In this document: piece by piece, positions 18,252 through 32,719 of the stretch
Position numbering within the stretch: position 1 is the stretch's first letter
Layout: each line of letters opens with the position of its first letter
The notes under the pieces: generated by a model
What the model saw: the letters and a program-made list of their open reading frames with translations, nothing else
Database searches by the model: none
What the model was told of the DNA's origin: nothing
Made by a program: the position numbers and the translations under genes
NCBI RefSeq assembly: GCF_009914755.1
Contig: NC_060927.1
DNA from: the human T2T-CHM13v2.0 reference genome, Homo sapiens
DNA length: 64,000 nt
Direction: 5' to 3' (one strand)

Positions 18252-18989
18252 ATAGCATTGGGAGATATACCTAATGCTAGATGACGAGTTAGTGGGTGCA
18301 GCACACCAGCATGGCACATGTATACATATGTAACTAACCTGCACAATGTGCACATGTACCCTAAAACTTAGAGTATAATAAAAAATAAAAAATAAAAATA
18401 AATAAATAAAAAAAAAGCTCTCACATTGTATGTCTAAGAAATGTGTTCTAATATCTTTCACTAAGTGAAATCATAAGATTATGAACTGTCAAAGCTGTAG
18501 GAATGATAATGACCATCTCAAGTCATGGAGAAAAACTGGAGACCAGAGAAGTTAAATGAGTTAAGGTCACATGGCTAGTTAGTGGCAGATTAGAGACTGA
18601 AACCTTGGTCTCAGATTTGGCTTTCTAATGCAATGACCTTTCCACGGACCCCTGAGTAATAAGCTGATCATGCCCTACTGCTCTGAGTTACAGAAGGCCA
18701 TGTGATCTATCGCACTCTTGCATCTATTTTTTAAAATAGAGGTCTGCTTCTCAACACTTTTGCATCTAAGTTTCTATTTGTATTTAAAAGTTATCTAAAT
18801 CACTAATTGGAGTTGAGATATATAAGGAAGAAAAGAAGCAAATAGATTCCACCCCATCCCTCCAATTCCAGGTCTTTGACATTCTCTCATCGTTAAAGCA
18901 GTGGCTATTTCAGAGCTTAAAAGAAAAAAATTTTCCTTTTTAATGAAGAGTTCTAGTGGAGACCACTTAAACTGAGAGATGAACTTAGT

Positions 18990-19605
18990 AGGGAATAAGT
19001 TGATGTCATATGCCTCCTGATAGGATGCTATAACTATATAGCTTCACTTACTACATATTCTTCCAAAAATATTTAACCTGGATTTAATCAAACCATTAGA
19101 GTTCACCTTCAAATTTACAGAAGATCCTGGGAATAAAAGAGCAAGATTAACCATACCATGAGTAAACAATCAGGCAAATCTAGAATGTGGGACATTCTAA
19201 AAGCTAACTAGTTTAATCTCTTCAAAATGTCAATATTATTTTTTTAAAAAAAGATATGGCAACTGTTGTAGGTAAAGAAATAAGAGAGGTAACAACAGAA
19301 ATGCAGTGTGTGGACCTTGACTGAATTTTAGTTTAAAAAAAAATAACTAAAAAAGACATTTTGGGGGAAAAATAGAAAAATTTGAATATGGACCAGATGT
19401 TTGATAGTATTTTATAAGGAAATTGTTTAATGTCTGTGGGATAACGATATTGTCGTTAAGTAAGAGAATATCCTTATTCTTTGGGGTGAAATGTTGAGAA
19501 ATCTATAATTTAAAACTTTCATATCACTAAAAGCCCAGACTTTACCACTATACAATATATGCATGTAAGAAACCTGCACTTATATCTCCTAAATATAAGC
19601 AAATT
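18990..19605 (+). mobile_element. Old L1M 3' remnants with an L1MA/PB-type 3' tip
   Basis: AATGTGGGACATTCTA; CACTAAAAGCCCAGACTTTACCACTATACAATATATGCATGTAA. Confidence 0.65.
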
Positions 19606-19609
19606 TTTA

Positions 19610-19738
19610 GGCCAGGCATGGTGGCTCACACCTGTAAGCCTAGCACCTTAGGAGGCCGAGGTGAGCAGATAGCTTGAGCTCAGGAGTTTGTGACCAGCCT
19701 GGGCAACATAGCAAAACCCTATCTCAAGAAAAAAAAAT
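19610..19738 (+). mobile_element. Alu monomer (FLAM-like)
   Basis: Left monomer plus A-tail. Confidence 0.88.
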
Positions 19739-19990
19739 TTTTTTAACTGAAGAAAACCTTTCACATGGTTCAGCAAACAAAGCAAATAATGTATCATTAT
19801 AGATAAAGATGGCAAAATTTTAAAAACTTTTGAATCTAAGTAATTGTTATTTGATTTTTCTTGTACAATTCTTTCAACTCTTCTGTTGAAATTTTCAAAG
19901 TTGGAAGAAATGGTATTAACAGCTTTTTTTTTGCTGCAGTATTCCCATAAATGAAAGTGGGAAAATGGAGTGAATAAAAGTTAGGCCCTA

Positions 19991-20016
19991 TTTTCTTTCT
20001 TTCTTTCTTTCTTTTC

Positions 20017-20055
<39 letters not shown>

Positions 20056-20334
20056 AGATGAAGTCTCACTCTGTTGCCCAGGCTGGAGTGCAGTGGTGCG
20101 ATCTTGGCTCACTGCAACCTCTGTCTCCTGGGTTCAAATGATTCTGCTGCCTAAGCCTCCCCAGTAGCTGGGATTACAGGCATGCACCACCATGCCCAGC
20201 TAATTTTTGTATTTTTAGTAGAGACGGGGTTTCACCATGTTGACCAGAATGGTCTTGATCTCCTGACCTCATGATCCACCCGCCTCGGCCTCCCAAAGTG
20301 CTGGGATTACAGGCGTGAGCCACCGCACCCAGCC
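19991..20334 (-). mobile_element. AluSc/Sg-like
   Basis: Long T tail; TSD CCCTATTTTCTTT. Confidence 0.96.
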
Positions 20335-20714
20335 ACCCTATTTTCTTTAACAAGTTTTATTGTGCTCTATACAACAGTAGGGGTTAAATAAGTAGTAGAG
20401 ATTAAATAAATATTTGCTGACTTTGAATTTATATGACCAATACTGCTGATAGTTAGACTATGCTTCAATGGAGAATTCATTCAATAAGTAATGGTATAGC
20501 CATAAAATGAAAAACTAAGCAACATTTTCTAAAAATAAAAAAGTTCTTTACTGACTTAGAAAGTCAGTAAAGATATATCTCCAAGATATATCGTTAGGTT
20601 AAAAAATGCAAGGTGCAGACCAGTATATACATAGGCTAGTATTTATGTTAAAATTTATTTTCTTATATATGAATAAACTACCTCTGGAAGAACACACAAA
20701 AACCTTCAGGCTGC

Positions 20715-23000
20715 GTGTATGAAAAAACCCACAGCTAACATCATACTTAACGGTGAAAGACAGAAAGCTTTCCTCCTAAGATCAGAAATAAAATGAGGAT
20801 GTCTATCCTCACTACTTCTACTCAACATTGTACTGGAAGTTCTAACCAGGGAAATTAGGAAAGAAAAAGAAATGAAACAACCAGATTGAAAAGGAAGAAG
20901 TAAAACTACTTCTATCTGCTGATAACATGATATAATATATAGAACTCCTAAATAATCCTCACAGAAAACTATCAGAGCTAATAAGTTCAGCAAAGTTGCA
21001 GAATACAAGATTAATGTACAAAAACCAGTTATATTTCTATACACTAACAGTGAATAAATGAAATTAAGAAAACAACTTTATTTGCAATACCATTAAAAAT
21101 AAAATATTTAGGAATATACTTAACCAAGGATGTGTAAGACTTGTACACCAAAAACTGCAACACATTGTTGAAAGAAATTAAAAGACCTAAATAAATAGAA
21201 AGACATCTCATGTTCATAGATTGAAAGACTTAGTCTTGTTTCTGTATTTTGTATTTTTTTGTAGAAATGGGATCTCTCTATGTTGCCCAGGCTGTTCTCA
21301 AACTCCTGCCCTCAAGTGATCCTCCTGCCTTGGCCTCCCAAAGTGGGATTACAGGTGTGAGTCACTGTGCCTGGCCTAGTATTGTTAAGATGGCAATATT
21401 CTCTAAATTGGTCTACAGATTCAATGCAATCCCTATCAGAATTCCAATTACCTTTTGCCTTTTTTCTAATTTGCTGAATGGACAAGCAGATATTAAAATT
21501 CATACAAAAATGCAAGGGATCCCAAATAGCCAAAAAAAAAAAAAAAAAAAGAAAAAGAAAAGAAAAGTAAAGTTGGAGTATGCACACTTACTGACTTCAG
21601 AACTTAATTTAAAACAATGATAATCAAGACAGTATTGTACTGGCATAAGGAGAAACATAATCCATACATCGATGGTCAATTGATTTTTGGGAAGAGCACC
21701 AAGCAAATTCAATAAGAGAAATAATAGCCTTTTCAACAAATGGTGTTGGGACAACGGGATATGCACACACAAAAGAATGAATATTGACCCCTATCTCACT
21801 CCATATATCAAAATCAACTCTAAGTGGATCAAAGACCCAAATTAAGAGCTATAACTATTATAAAATTACTATAGTTATAAACTATGTTTATAGTTAGAAG
21901 AGAGCTAGACATAAACCTTTGTGACTTTAGATTAGGTAATGATTTCTTAAATATGACATCCAACACACAACAAAAGAAAAAGTAGTTACAACTGGACTCG
22001 ACCAAAATTTAAAGGCTTTTGTGGATCAAAGGACACTATCATAAAAGTGAAAAGGCAACCTAAGGAATGGGAGAAAATATTTGCAAATCATGTTTGATAA
22101 GGGTCTCAGATAAGGGTCCAGGATATATAAGTAATTCTTATAACTCAACAATAAACAATCCAATTCAAAAAATGAGAAAAGAACTTGAATAGACTTTTCT
22201 CCAAAGAAGATATACAAATGACCGATAAGCACACGAAAATATGCTCAGCATTATTCGTCATTAGGTAAATGCAAATAAAAATTACAGTAAGATACGATTT
22301 CAGCTCACTAGGAAGGCTATAAAAACACAAAAACAAAATAACAAGTGTTGGTGAGGATGTGGAGAAATTGGAACCCTCCAACATTGCTGATGGGAACGTA
22401 AAATTGTTCAGCCAATTTGGAAAAACACTTTGGCAGTTTCTAAAAAAATTAGAGTTATCAAAGGATCCAGAAATTCTACTAAAAGTACACTCAAAAGAAC
22501 TGAAAATGTATGTCCACACAAACTCTTGTACACAAATGCTCATAGCAACATTATTCATAACAGCCAAAAGGAGGAAATAATCCAAATGTCCATCAATGGT
22601 TGAACGGATAAACAAAATGTGGTATATCCATACAATCGAATATTATTATCAAATCATAAAAAGGAAATGATACTTGCTCCAGCATAGGTGAACCTTGAAA
22701 ACATTATGGTAACTGAAAGAAGTCAGTCACAAAAGGGCACATGTTTTATGATTCCACTTCGATGAAATGGCAAAATGGGCAAACCCATACTGCTAGAAAG
22801 TAGGTTAGTGGTTGTTAAGGGGTAAGGGAAGGGGAATTGGGGTATAAGGGGTTTCATTTTGGGGTAATGGGAATATTTCAGAAATGGATAAGCATCATGG
22901 TTGCCAAACACTGTGGTTATACTAAAACCACTGAATTATAATACCTTAAAATAGTTAAAATGGTGAATTCTGTTATGTGAATTTTACCTCAATTAAAAAA
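20715..23000 (+). mobile_element. L1MB-type ORF2 3' part and 3' UTR (degenerate)
   Basis: Homologous to ORF2 RT/C-terminal region (AAACCCACAGCTAACATCATACTTAA...), ends TTATGTGAATTTTACCTCAATT. Confidence 0.9.
21240..21376 (-). mobile_element. Alu monomer (FLAM-like) in L1M
   Basis: Antisense left monomer. Confidence 0.85.
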
Positions 23001-23578
23001 CATTTTTTTTGGTAAACCTTGGGCCCAGAGAAGGGGACTAGATGGCTAGGGGACCAGGATAGGAGGGAAATAATCCACTGTATACACTCTTGTGTCTTTT
23101 GAATTTTGTACCATGTGAATTTCTAAAAACAAAACAAACAAACAAAAAAAAACCCCAAAAGATTTTTTAAAAAAATTACTGGGCTTTCATTTTTAATGAC
23201 AAAAGGTGACAAATTCCAGATTTGGAAATTAATGAACCTGAAACCAAATTTTGAAACTGCCCACTTTGAGGACCTTTAAAAATAGTATATCTTATTTTTT
23301 CCTGTGGGTGCATATGAATATCCCCATGTATAATCAGATCATCTCTCAAATCTCCCTTTCCATCCTAGATCTTAGAAAGTCAGTACTTCCAGGATGCAAT
23401 TCTGGTATAGACACCACACTCTGCCCCTTGTGGGAAGGTATAATTATTCCCTTCTTTCAATCAGTGACAAAAGATAGTCACGTGTTATAAAATTAGACCC
23501 ATTCACCCCCACCATGTTACTACAGGAGGTGAACTTTGGGCTGTTTCCACTGCTGCCTACTCTATGTTCAATTGAGCT

Positions 23579-23582
<4 letters not shown>

Positions 23583-23632
<50 letters not shown>

Positions 23633-23650
23633 GAAGAGAAAGAGAGAGAG
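23583..23650. repeat. (TG)n(GA)n microsatellite
   Basis: Direct observation. Confidence 0.97.
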
Positions 23651-24562
23651 ATTTTCAGAATCACTAAGAAACCTGGTGAAAATACAGAGAACCAGGCCAC
23701 ACCCAAGCCTGCTGAATCAGAATCTCAGCATCCCTGTGGGCAGAGCCAAGAATGGGCTTTTAAAATAAGCCCTGAAGTCTCCACCCTCATTGGAAACCAC
23801 TGTTCTCTAAAACAAAGTGCAGTATTAGAAGCAGGTAAAAGGAGTCTGAAGCTAGGAGGCACCTTCTTTCATTTCCATACACATAAAGGTCTACTTCTAA
23901 GTCAAAGATACAGCCCTTTACAAGGAGGATGCTGCCCAGGACTTTGCCTGCCTTGGGGCCTAAATTTCCTCATTTAAGGGAGCTAGTCCTTTGGGTGAAA
24001 GCCATGTAAAACATTAAGCTAACATCAGTTACTAACACCTCAGTATGAACCAAAGTATGAGTCTGTTTTCAAACCCATTAATGGACTGCAAGGTTCTTGC
24101 AGGCCAGGCCAAAGTAGAGGGTGAGTTTTAATGTCGGGTAAGATGAAGACAGGAACAGCAAAGCGGTCACTGATTGCCACTGGCAAGCCAGAGAGATGCT
24201 CAAGGGCGTGTGTGTGCGTGTGTGTTGTGGGGTGGTGGTAGTGGTGAGGTCGTGGGAAGTTTGGAGTCTCACTTACGTATTCTCTGTGTAACAAACCACC
24301 CTAAAATTTAGTGGCTTAAAACAATGATTTATTGTTTCCCACAATTCTGTGGATTGTGCTGGTCTCACCTACGCTCACTCATGCAGCTGCAGTCAGCTGG
24401 TGGGTTAGCTGGGCTGGACTACACTGGGCTCTGCTGGGATAACCGGAATGTCTGGGCCTCTTTCCACTCCACTAGGACAGTGACAGCCAGCTAGAAGTCA
24501 CTCTGTAATTTGACTCAAGGATGTACCACTGGTAAAAAGCAGCACAGGCCTGGGATCCAGGT

Positions 24563-24869
24563 CTTTCTTTCTTTCTTTTTTTTTTTTTTGAGACAGAGTC
24601 TCACTCTGTTGCTGAGGCTGGAGTGCAGTGATGTGATCTCAGTTCACCACAACCTCCGCCTCCCTGGTTCAAGCAATTCTCCTGCCTCAGCCTCCTGAGT
24701 AGCTGGGGCTACAGGTGCATGCCACCAGGCCCGGCTAATTTTTTGTAGTTTTAGTAGAGATGGGGTTTCACCGTGTTAGCCAGGATGGTCTTGATCTCCT
24801 GACCTCGTGAACCGCCTGCCTCGGCCTCCCAAGGTGCTAGATTACAGGCGTGAGCCACCGCGCTCGGCC
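24563..24869 (-). mobile_element. AluSc-like
   Basis: TSD GGATCCAGGTCTTTCT. Confidence 0.96.
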
Positions 24870-25559
24870 AGGATCCAGGTCTTTCTAACTTTCATTCTTG
24901 AGTTCTCCCTAAAGCTCCACTTTACAAAAAGACTTTTGTAAAATAACTTATTATTTTCCTAATCATAATCTGTAAACTAAAATTAATTTGAAGATAGCTT
25001 TAGAAACAGTCAAGCATAGGCCTTTAGCACACGCTGGCCAAGGGATCTTTGGAAGGCTTATTCCCTCTCCCCTCATATTTATCAGAACCTTTCAGCCATT
25101 TGAGGAACAAATGCTTCTCTGAAAGTTTAAAAACAAATTCATCAAATCCTTTTTACCACAGAAAGTGAAATCTTGAGTAGTAACCTCTGGGACAACCAAT
25201 TTACTTAGGGATATAACAGTTCAGGGAACAGAAATTATTTTAGATCCTATATCTTAGTTGTGAAAACAAATGGAAATAAGAATGCACAATTAATGCAAAA
25301 AACATAAAGAATTATGCTTTCAAAATGGTTTTAGAAACCTTAATTCCTCTTAATATAGAGATATTGAGAGCCTTTCAAAATATAATTGTCACAGATAAAT
25401 CCAGGCCTATCAGTAATTTTAGAATAAATTTCCCCTTCCATTCTGCCCAGCTGAAATGTTTCAACATTGGTCCAGCCAAACATGTCTTATCTTCCAGAGA
25501 ACAGTAAATATTACACTTTATCCAGGTGCTGATCTGGATATTGACTATGTGACATATTA

Positions 25560-26450
25560 CAGTTTTATTAAGATATATTTTACATAGGATAACATTCACC
25601 CATTTTTAGTGCACAATATAATTATTTTTAGTAACTTCACTGAGCCATACAACTATCATCATAAATCAGTTTAAAAACTGTTTCATCCCTGCAATAAGAT
25701 CCCTCATACCCATTTATAGGTGATCTTTGTTCCCAGCCCTAATCCCAGACAACTGCTAATCTACTTTCTGTCTTTATAAATCTGCTTTTTCTGGATATCT
25801 CATAGAAATGGGATCATACAATACATGCTTGCCTGTGTCTGACTTCTTTTACTTGTCATACTATTTTTTTTTTTTTTGACAGGATTTCACTCTGTCACTC
25901 AGGCTAGAGTGCAGTGGTGCAATCACAGCTCACTGCAGCCTTGACCTCCTAGGCTCAAGCTATCCTCCTGCCTCAGCCTCCTGGGACTACAGGCATGTGC
26001 CACAACACCTGGCTAATTTCTTATTTTTTGTAGAGATGGGATCTTGCCATGTTGCCCAGGCTTGTCTCAAATTCCTGGGCTCAAGTGATCCTCCTGCCTC
26101 AACCTCCCAAAGTGCTGGGATTATAGGCATGAGCCACCTTGCCCAGCCAGCATAATATTATTGAGGTTCATCCACGATGTAGCATGTGTAAGTAATTTGT
26201 TCTTTTTTGGTGCTGAAAAGAATTCCATTCATGGATAAGCCGCATTATGTCTATCTATTCTTCAGTTGATGGACATTAGGTTGTTTTCAGTTTGGGCCTA
26301 TTATGAATAAAGCATCTGTGAACATTCATGTGCAAGTCCTTATGTGGACACATTTTCATTTGTCATGGGTAGATACCTAGGAATAGCATTGCTGGTCATA
26401 TGTTTTATGTTTAACTTTTGGAAAACTGCAAAACTCTTTCCCAAAGTGGA
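25560..26450 (-). mobile_element. L1M 3' end, antisense, interrupted by AluJ
   Basis: CTGCTAATCTACTTTCTGTC; GTTGATGGACATTAGGTTG; GGGTAGATACCTAGGAAT. Confidence 0.85.
25864..26148 (-). mobile_element. AluJ
   Basis: Antisense dimeric Alu. Confidence 0.94.
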
Positions 26451-27857
26451 ATCGTTGATTTTTGAGATGAGGAAGATCATTTCCTGGTAACTGGTTTAAA
26501 ATCCAACCACTGCCTCCTACAGGTCCCCAACCAGAAGCATTAGCCTGCACTTCAGTGGCCTCCAGTCTAGATTACAGGTATGAAGATAAGGTTTAAGGAT
26601 GGAACTACTAGAGTTGCCATTGTAGCTGTCCCTGGGCAGAAAGATATGTGCCTAGGGAGAATTTCTATGAAAAATTATAACGTATTCATATTTTTAAGGA
26701 ATAGAAAAATAAGGCAACCTTCTGTAATTGAGAAAACAAATAAAATGTTTGTTATCTCTGATGTTTTACTGGCAATTTGCATATCATGCCCCTAATGAGA
26801 ACAGCTTCCATTTAAAAACATCAATGTCATATTTTCCCTATCACTTCTAGTGGTTTCTAATGCTGGTGTTTATCTGAAACATCATATTTAATTGGAACCA
26901 TATCTTCCCCCTCCCCCAAGAACCACTAATCAATAATTTGGATTTCTGTCTTCAGAATAATAATCGTATGAGAGTGTGTGGTTATTTTTCTAAATGAAAG
27001 ATGAAGTACTTCATCTTCTAAGGGTCTAAAGACAGCAGATATCAAATGCCCAGGTGTACTCAAAAGCATGATTACTGGAAAATTCTTCCATAGGTGAAAT
27101 CTGCCATGATGAAATCTGCAGCTGAAGTAACCAGGAAAGAGAGACAAATGGGAGAAGGGTAACTTCAAGTATATAGCAGCAAGCAGAATAAAGAGACCAT
27201 GCTAAGAGAAATTAGGAATTGGCCGTTGGTTTGTTCTTTTTAGGATGTTCTAAATCCTAAAGTCGTCCTGAGACGAAGTTAAAAATGGAGTGTGGCCATT
27301 GGAAAATCATCATTTTTTGCAATCGACAAAGTAAATACTGATACAGACAAGAATTGTTCATGGATGCTAAATCTAGGAGGGTGAGTTTGATGAAGAGCTG
27401 GGCATTTGCATGATCTTTAAATGTCTACCCACAGATTGTTAAGTGTAAAAGAAAAATAGTAAGTATTCAGTGGAAAAATCAGACAAAGCTTTGACAAGAT
27501 TATCAAAATTAACAGCACCAGCATGGGGCAGATGTCTGGTATTATGGCTAGGTGTGGAGACCCTGAATCTAATAGCAAGGAACCATCAGACTAAACCAAA
27601 ATGAGAAATACTCTAGTTTAAAAAGAGAAGGCCTGTATTTTTCAAAAATGTCACTGTCATAAAAGGCAAAGGAAAGCTGAAAAATTGTTTCAGATTAAAG
27701 GAGTCTAAAGAGATGTAACGACTAAATACAATGCCAGATCCTAGACTAGATCCTGTATTGAAGAGGAAAACATGCTAAAAAAAAGAAAATTATTGAGTCA
27801 ATTGACAAAACTGGAGCATGGGTGGTACACTAGATGAAAATATTATATTAACACCTC

Positions 27858-27995
27858 AGCCAGGTGTGGTGGCTCATGCCTGTAGTCCCAGTGCTTTAGG
27901 AGGCTGAGGTCAGAGGATCTCTTGAGGCCAGGAGTTTGAGATCAGCTTGGGGAACACAGTGAGACCTTATCTCTACCACAAACAAAAACAAAAAC
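27858..27995 (+). mobile_element. Alu monomer (FLAM-like)
   Basis: TSD AACACCTCA. Confidence 0.85.
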
Positions 27996-28114
27996 ACCTC
28001 AATACTTCAAATACTTCAGAAAAAAGTATGTGTGGCTGGAGGGAACGGAGGTGGAGACAGGGAGAGAGAGAAAAGGAGCAAATTATAAAGGAGAGAAAAA
28101 TGTTAACAGCAGGT

Positions 28115-28171
28115 TTGAGAGCCTGGTCTTGGTGAGAAAAAAAAAAAAAAAGAAAAAGAAAAAAAGAAAAG
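28115..28171 (+). mobile_element. Ultra-short retro-insertion (22 nt plus A-tail)
   Basis: 17-bp TSD AAATGTTAACA(G/A)CAGGT at 28098-28114 and 28172-28188. Confidence 0.75.
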
Positions 28172-28281
28172 AAATGTTAACAACAGGTAAATCTGGGTAA
28201 AGGGAATAAGGATGCTCTTTGTACTGTTTTTGCAACCTTTCTTCAAGCTTCCAAATAAGAAGTTTGAAAACTCGTATTTTA

Positions 28282-28608
28282 GGCTGGGCATGGTGGGTCT
28301 CGCCTGTAATCACAGCACTTTGGGAGGCCAAGGTAGGAGGATCTCTTCAGCCCAGGAGTTCGAGACCAGCCTGGGCAACATGGCAAAACCCCGTCTCTAT
28401 AAAAAAATACAAAAATCAGCCAGGGATGATAGTGATGTGTGACTGTAGTCCCAGCTGCTCGGGGTGGCGGGGGTGCTGAGGTGGGAGGATCACTTGAGCC
28501 TGGAAGTCGAGGCTGCAGTGAGCCGAGGTAATGTCTAGATGACAGAGTGAGACTCTGTCTCTAAAACATAAATAAATACATACATACATACATACATACA
28601 TACATACA
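28282..28608 (+). mobile_element. AluJ with (TACA)n tail
   Basis: Dimeric Alu, internal deletion in the right arm. Confidence 0.92.
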
Positions 28609-29264
28609 TGTATTTTATTGAACAGACAAAATTAACTTATAATAAGAAGAACCAGAAGAGTAGTTGCATTTTGGGGGGGAAATTGGTTGGGGATTTGAAG
28701 GAAACTTCTAGATGCAGGAAATTGCTTATATTTTGATCCAGTTGGCAACTATACAGGTGTATAATGTAAATGTAAAATGTAAAAATTCAGAGAAGCTTTA
28801 CATTTAAGATTTTTGGACTTTACTATATGTAAACCATACGTTAATACAAAAGTAAAGAAAAAATGTATTTTATGCTTCTTAAGTGGGTGAAGAAAACATG
28901 AAAAAACTAGTATTTTTATTTATTTTTAACTAGAGGAAAGCGCATCTGATTGGACATACTCACTCTCATTTTTTCTGTTGTTATTTGTTTAAACCTCCAC
29001 CCACTCCTGAAATTCCAGAAGTGACTTTAGTCCTTTTTAAGTTTAAATTTTTAACAAAAAAAGAAAAGAAAACCAACTGCAACTGCACACAAAAAAAGAT
29101 TTCTTTAGCCAATAAGCACAACATGTACCTCTGAGTTCTATCATTTAATAGTGGATTTCAAATATAAGTAGATAGGACAGGGAAATCGCCTATGGGCCAA
29201 TTGAAAAGTTAACAGCAAGGCAACTTAATTCCCACACACTGTCTCCTCTTAAAAGGATGATGTC

Positions 29265-29588
<324 letters not shown>

Positions 29589-29827
29589 CTATAATTTTAA
29601 AATTCAACCATCACAAGCAGCCAAAATGCCAAGATACCAAGAACACTTCTGTTATTTCCGAGACAATCAGGAATTTCTTTCTTCCTTCTTTCCTTCCTTC
29701 TGAAGAGACCTCCCTATAATGCTGGATGTGGTAAGGTGCACGGCTATAAGTCTAGATTTCCAGCCTCCATTGCAGGTGAGGGCAGCCAATGAGCTTCTAG
29801 GAGAGTTCTTTAAAGAATATAACTCAG

Positions 29828-29936
29828 TGCCAGATGCAGTGGCACGTGATTCAGGAGGCTGAGGCAGGAGGATTGCTTGAGACCAGCAGTTTGAGTCCAG
29901 CCTGGCAGTATAGCAAGACCCCATCTCTAAAAACAA
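29828..29936 (+). mobile_element. Degenerate Alu monomer
   Basis: GGAGGCTGAGGCAGGAGGATTGCTTGAG..GCAAGACCCCATCTC. Confidence 0.8.
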
Positions 29937-30349
29937 ATTACACGAGCATACCACTCGGTTGTGGCACATTTTGTCTTTGGCCACCATTTTGTATTACCCT
30001 CTTTCATCTTCCTGCTGCCTGGAGGTCGTATGTGGTTGTGGGAGCTGTTGTAGTTATCATGTGACCATGAGATGACCTTGAATGGGAATCCCTTGTGCTA
30101 AAGATGATGGAGGAGAAAGCCAGAAGGGATTCTGGGTCCCTGACAACCTGACAAGTATGGAGCCATCATACTGGTCCTGGACCATCTACCTCTATGTGAG
30201 AGAAAAACAAACTGATACCTTGTTTACACAATTATCATTTTGAGTATAAATCCTATCAGACACAACTCCATTCAACAACTATTTTTCATATTGTTGTTTC
30301 TTCCCACAAAAAGCATTGAAATAATTAATCCTTCATTAAAAAGCAGAAG

Positions 30350-31705
<1,356 letters not shown>

Positions 31706-32719
31706 ATATATAAAAAGAGCTTTCAAGTGTCAATGAATCAGCCTTAATTGCATTTTTAACTATGTGAAGCTTGTATTTAAACATTCATTTTGAAGTTAAT
31801 TTTCTAATAAAAAATAATAGCTCTCCTTGGCCTAGTTAGTTTCACATTAATGATTTTTATAAGACTTGTTCCCACATACAAGTATGATGTGGTAAAATAT
31901 AATTTAGGAAAACTTATTTCCTTTGTATCTATTATTTAAAAAAAAAACTCTTGTAAGGGTTAGAAATAAAAGATTAAGATATTTATGTGTAAACTCCTTT
32001 ACACACGAATTATGAAAAAACAAAGATCGTGGAAATAGGAGTCACACAACCTTCAGACTAAATGTTTTCCAGAGTGAAAGTATTGCCTTTGCTACAAGTC
32101 AATAGGATGAATGCAAAATTCTAAAATTATTATGGCAAGTGGACAAAACAATTCCTGAGAGAGATGGAAGAAAATGGAATTCACATATTAAAATTCTATA
32201 ACATATACAGAATTTTATTTGCATGACGGTTACGTGATAAGTGCACTATTTGTAACAAAACTGACAATTTCAGAATTATGTGTTCCAGTGACAGTTCCTG
32301 TATTGGGTAAAACCGTGAAATGAAAGGAATTCCCTCAGTAACTCCCATCTTCCATCCTCAGGGTGTTCAGCATCCCACCAATATGGTACACCCTGCCCTA
32401 AACTGACTTCTAAGGCAGGATTCCATCTTCCTATGCCAATTAAAACCTGCTGATCCTATATCCAATCCTTAAAGCCACCATTATAGGCAGAAAAGCTGAT
32501 AAACTAAACCATAATGATGTGTTAGTGGAAACCAAAATGTCTGTGGGCCAGCACAGATTCTCCACTAACATATGTTTTAACAGTGACCTTTTAAAGATAA
32601 TGCCTTCATAGAAAGGTGTGGCTGCATGGCTTTAGTAGTGACATAGAGGGAGCATGGGAGGAGAAAAAGGCTTTAGAGGAAAGCGTAGAAACTGAAGTGC
32701 CTGTGGAACATGGAAAAAA

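Larger units (their letters stand above)
27300..28265 (+). mobile_element. L1ME/MC-type 3' remnant
   Basis: CAGATTAAAGGAGTCTAAAGAGATGTAACGACTAAAT; GTAAATCTGGGTAAAGGG..CTTTGTACTG. Confidence 0.7.

Noticed and set aside
26926-27168. Minus-strand coding exon after a strong acceptor near 27122
   Set aside because: No convincing donor and no recognisable protein in any frame.
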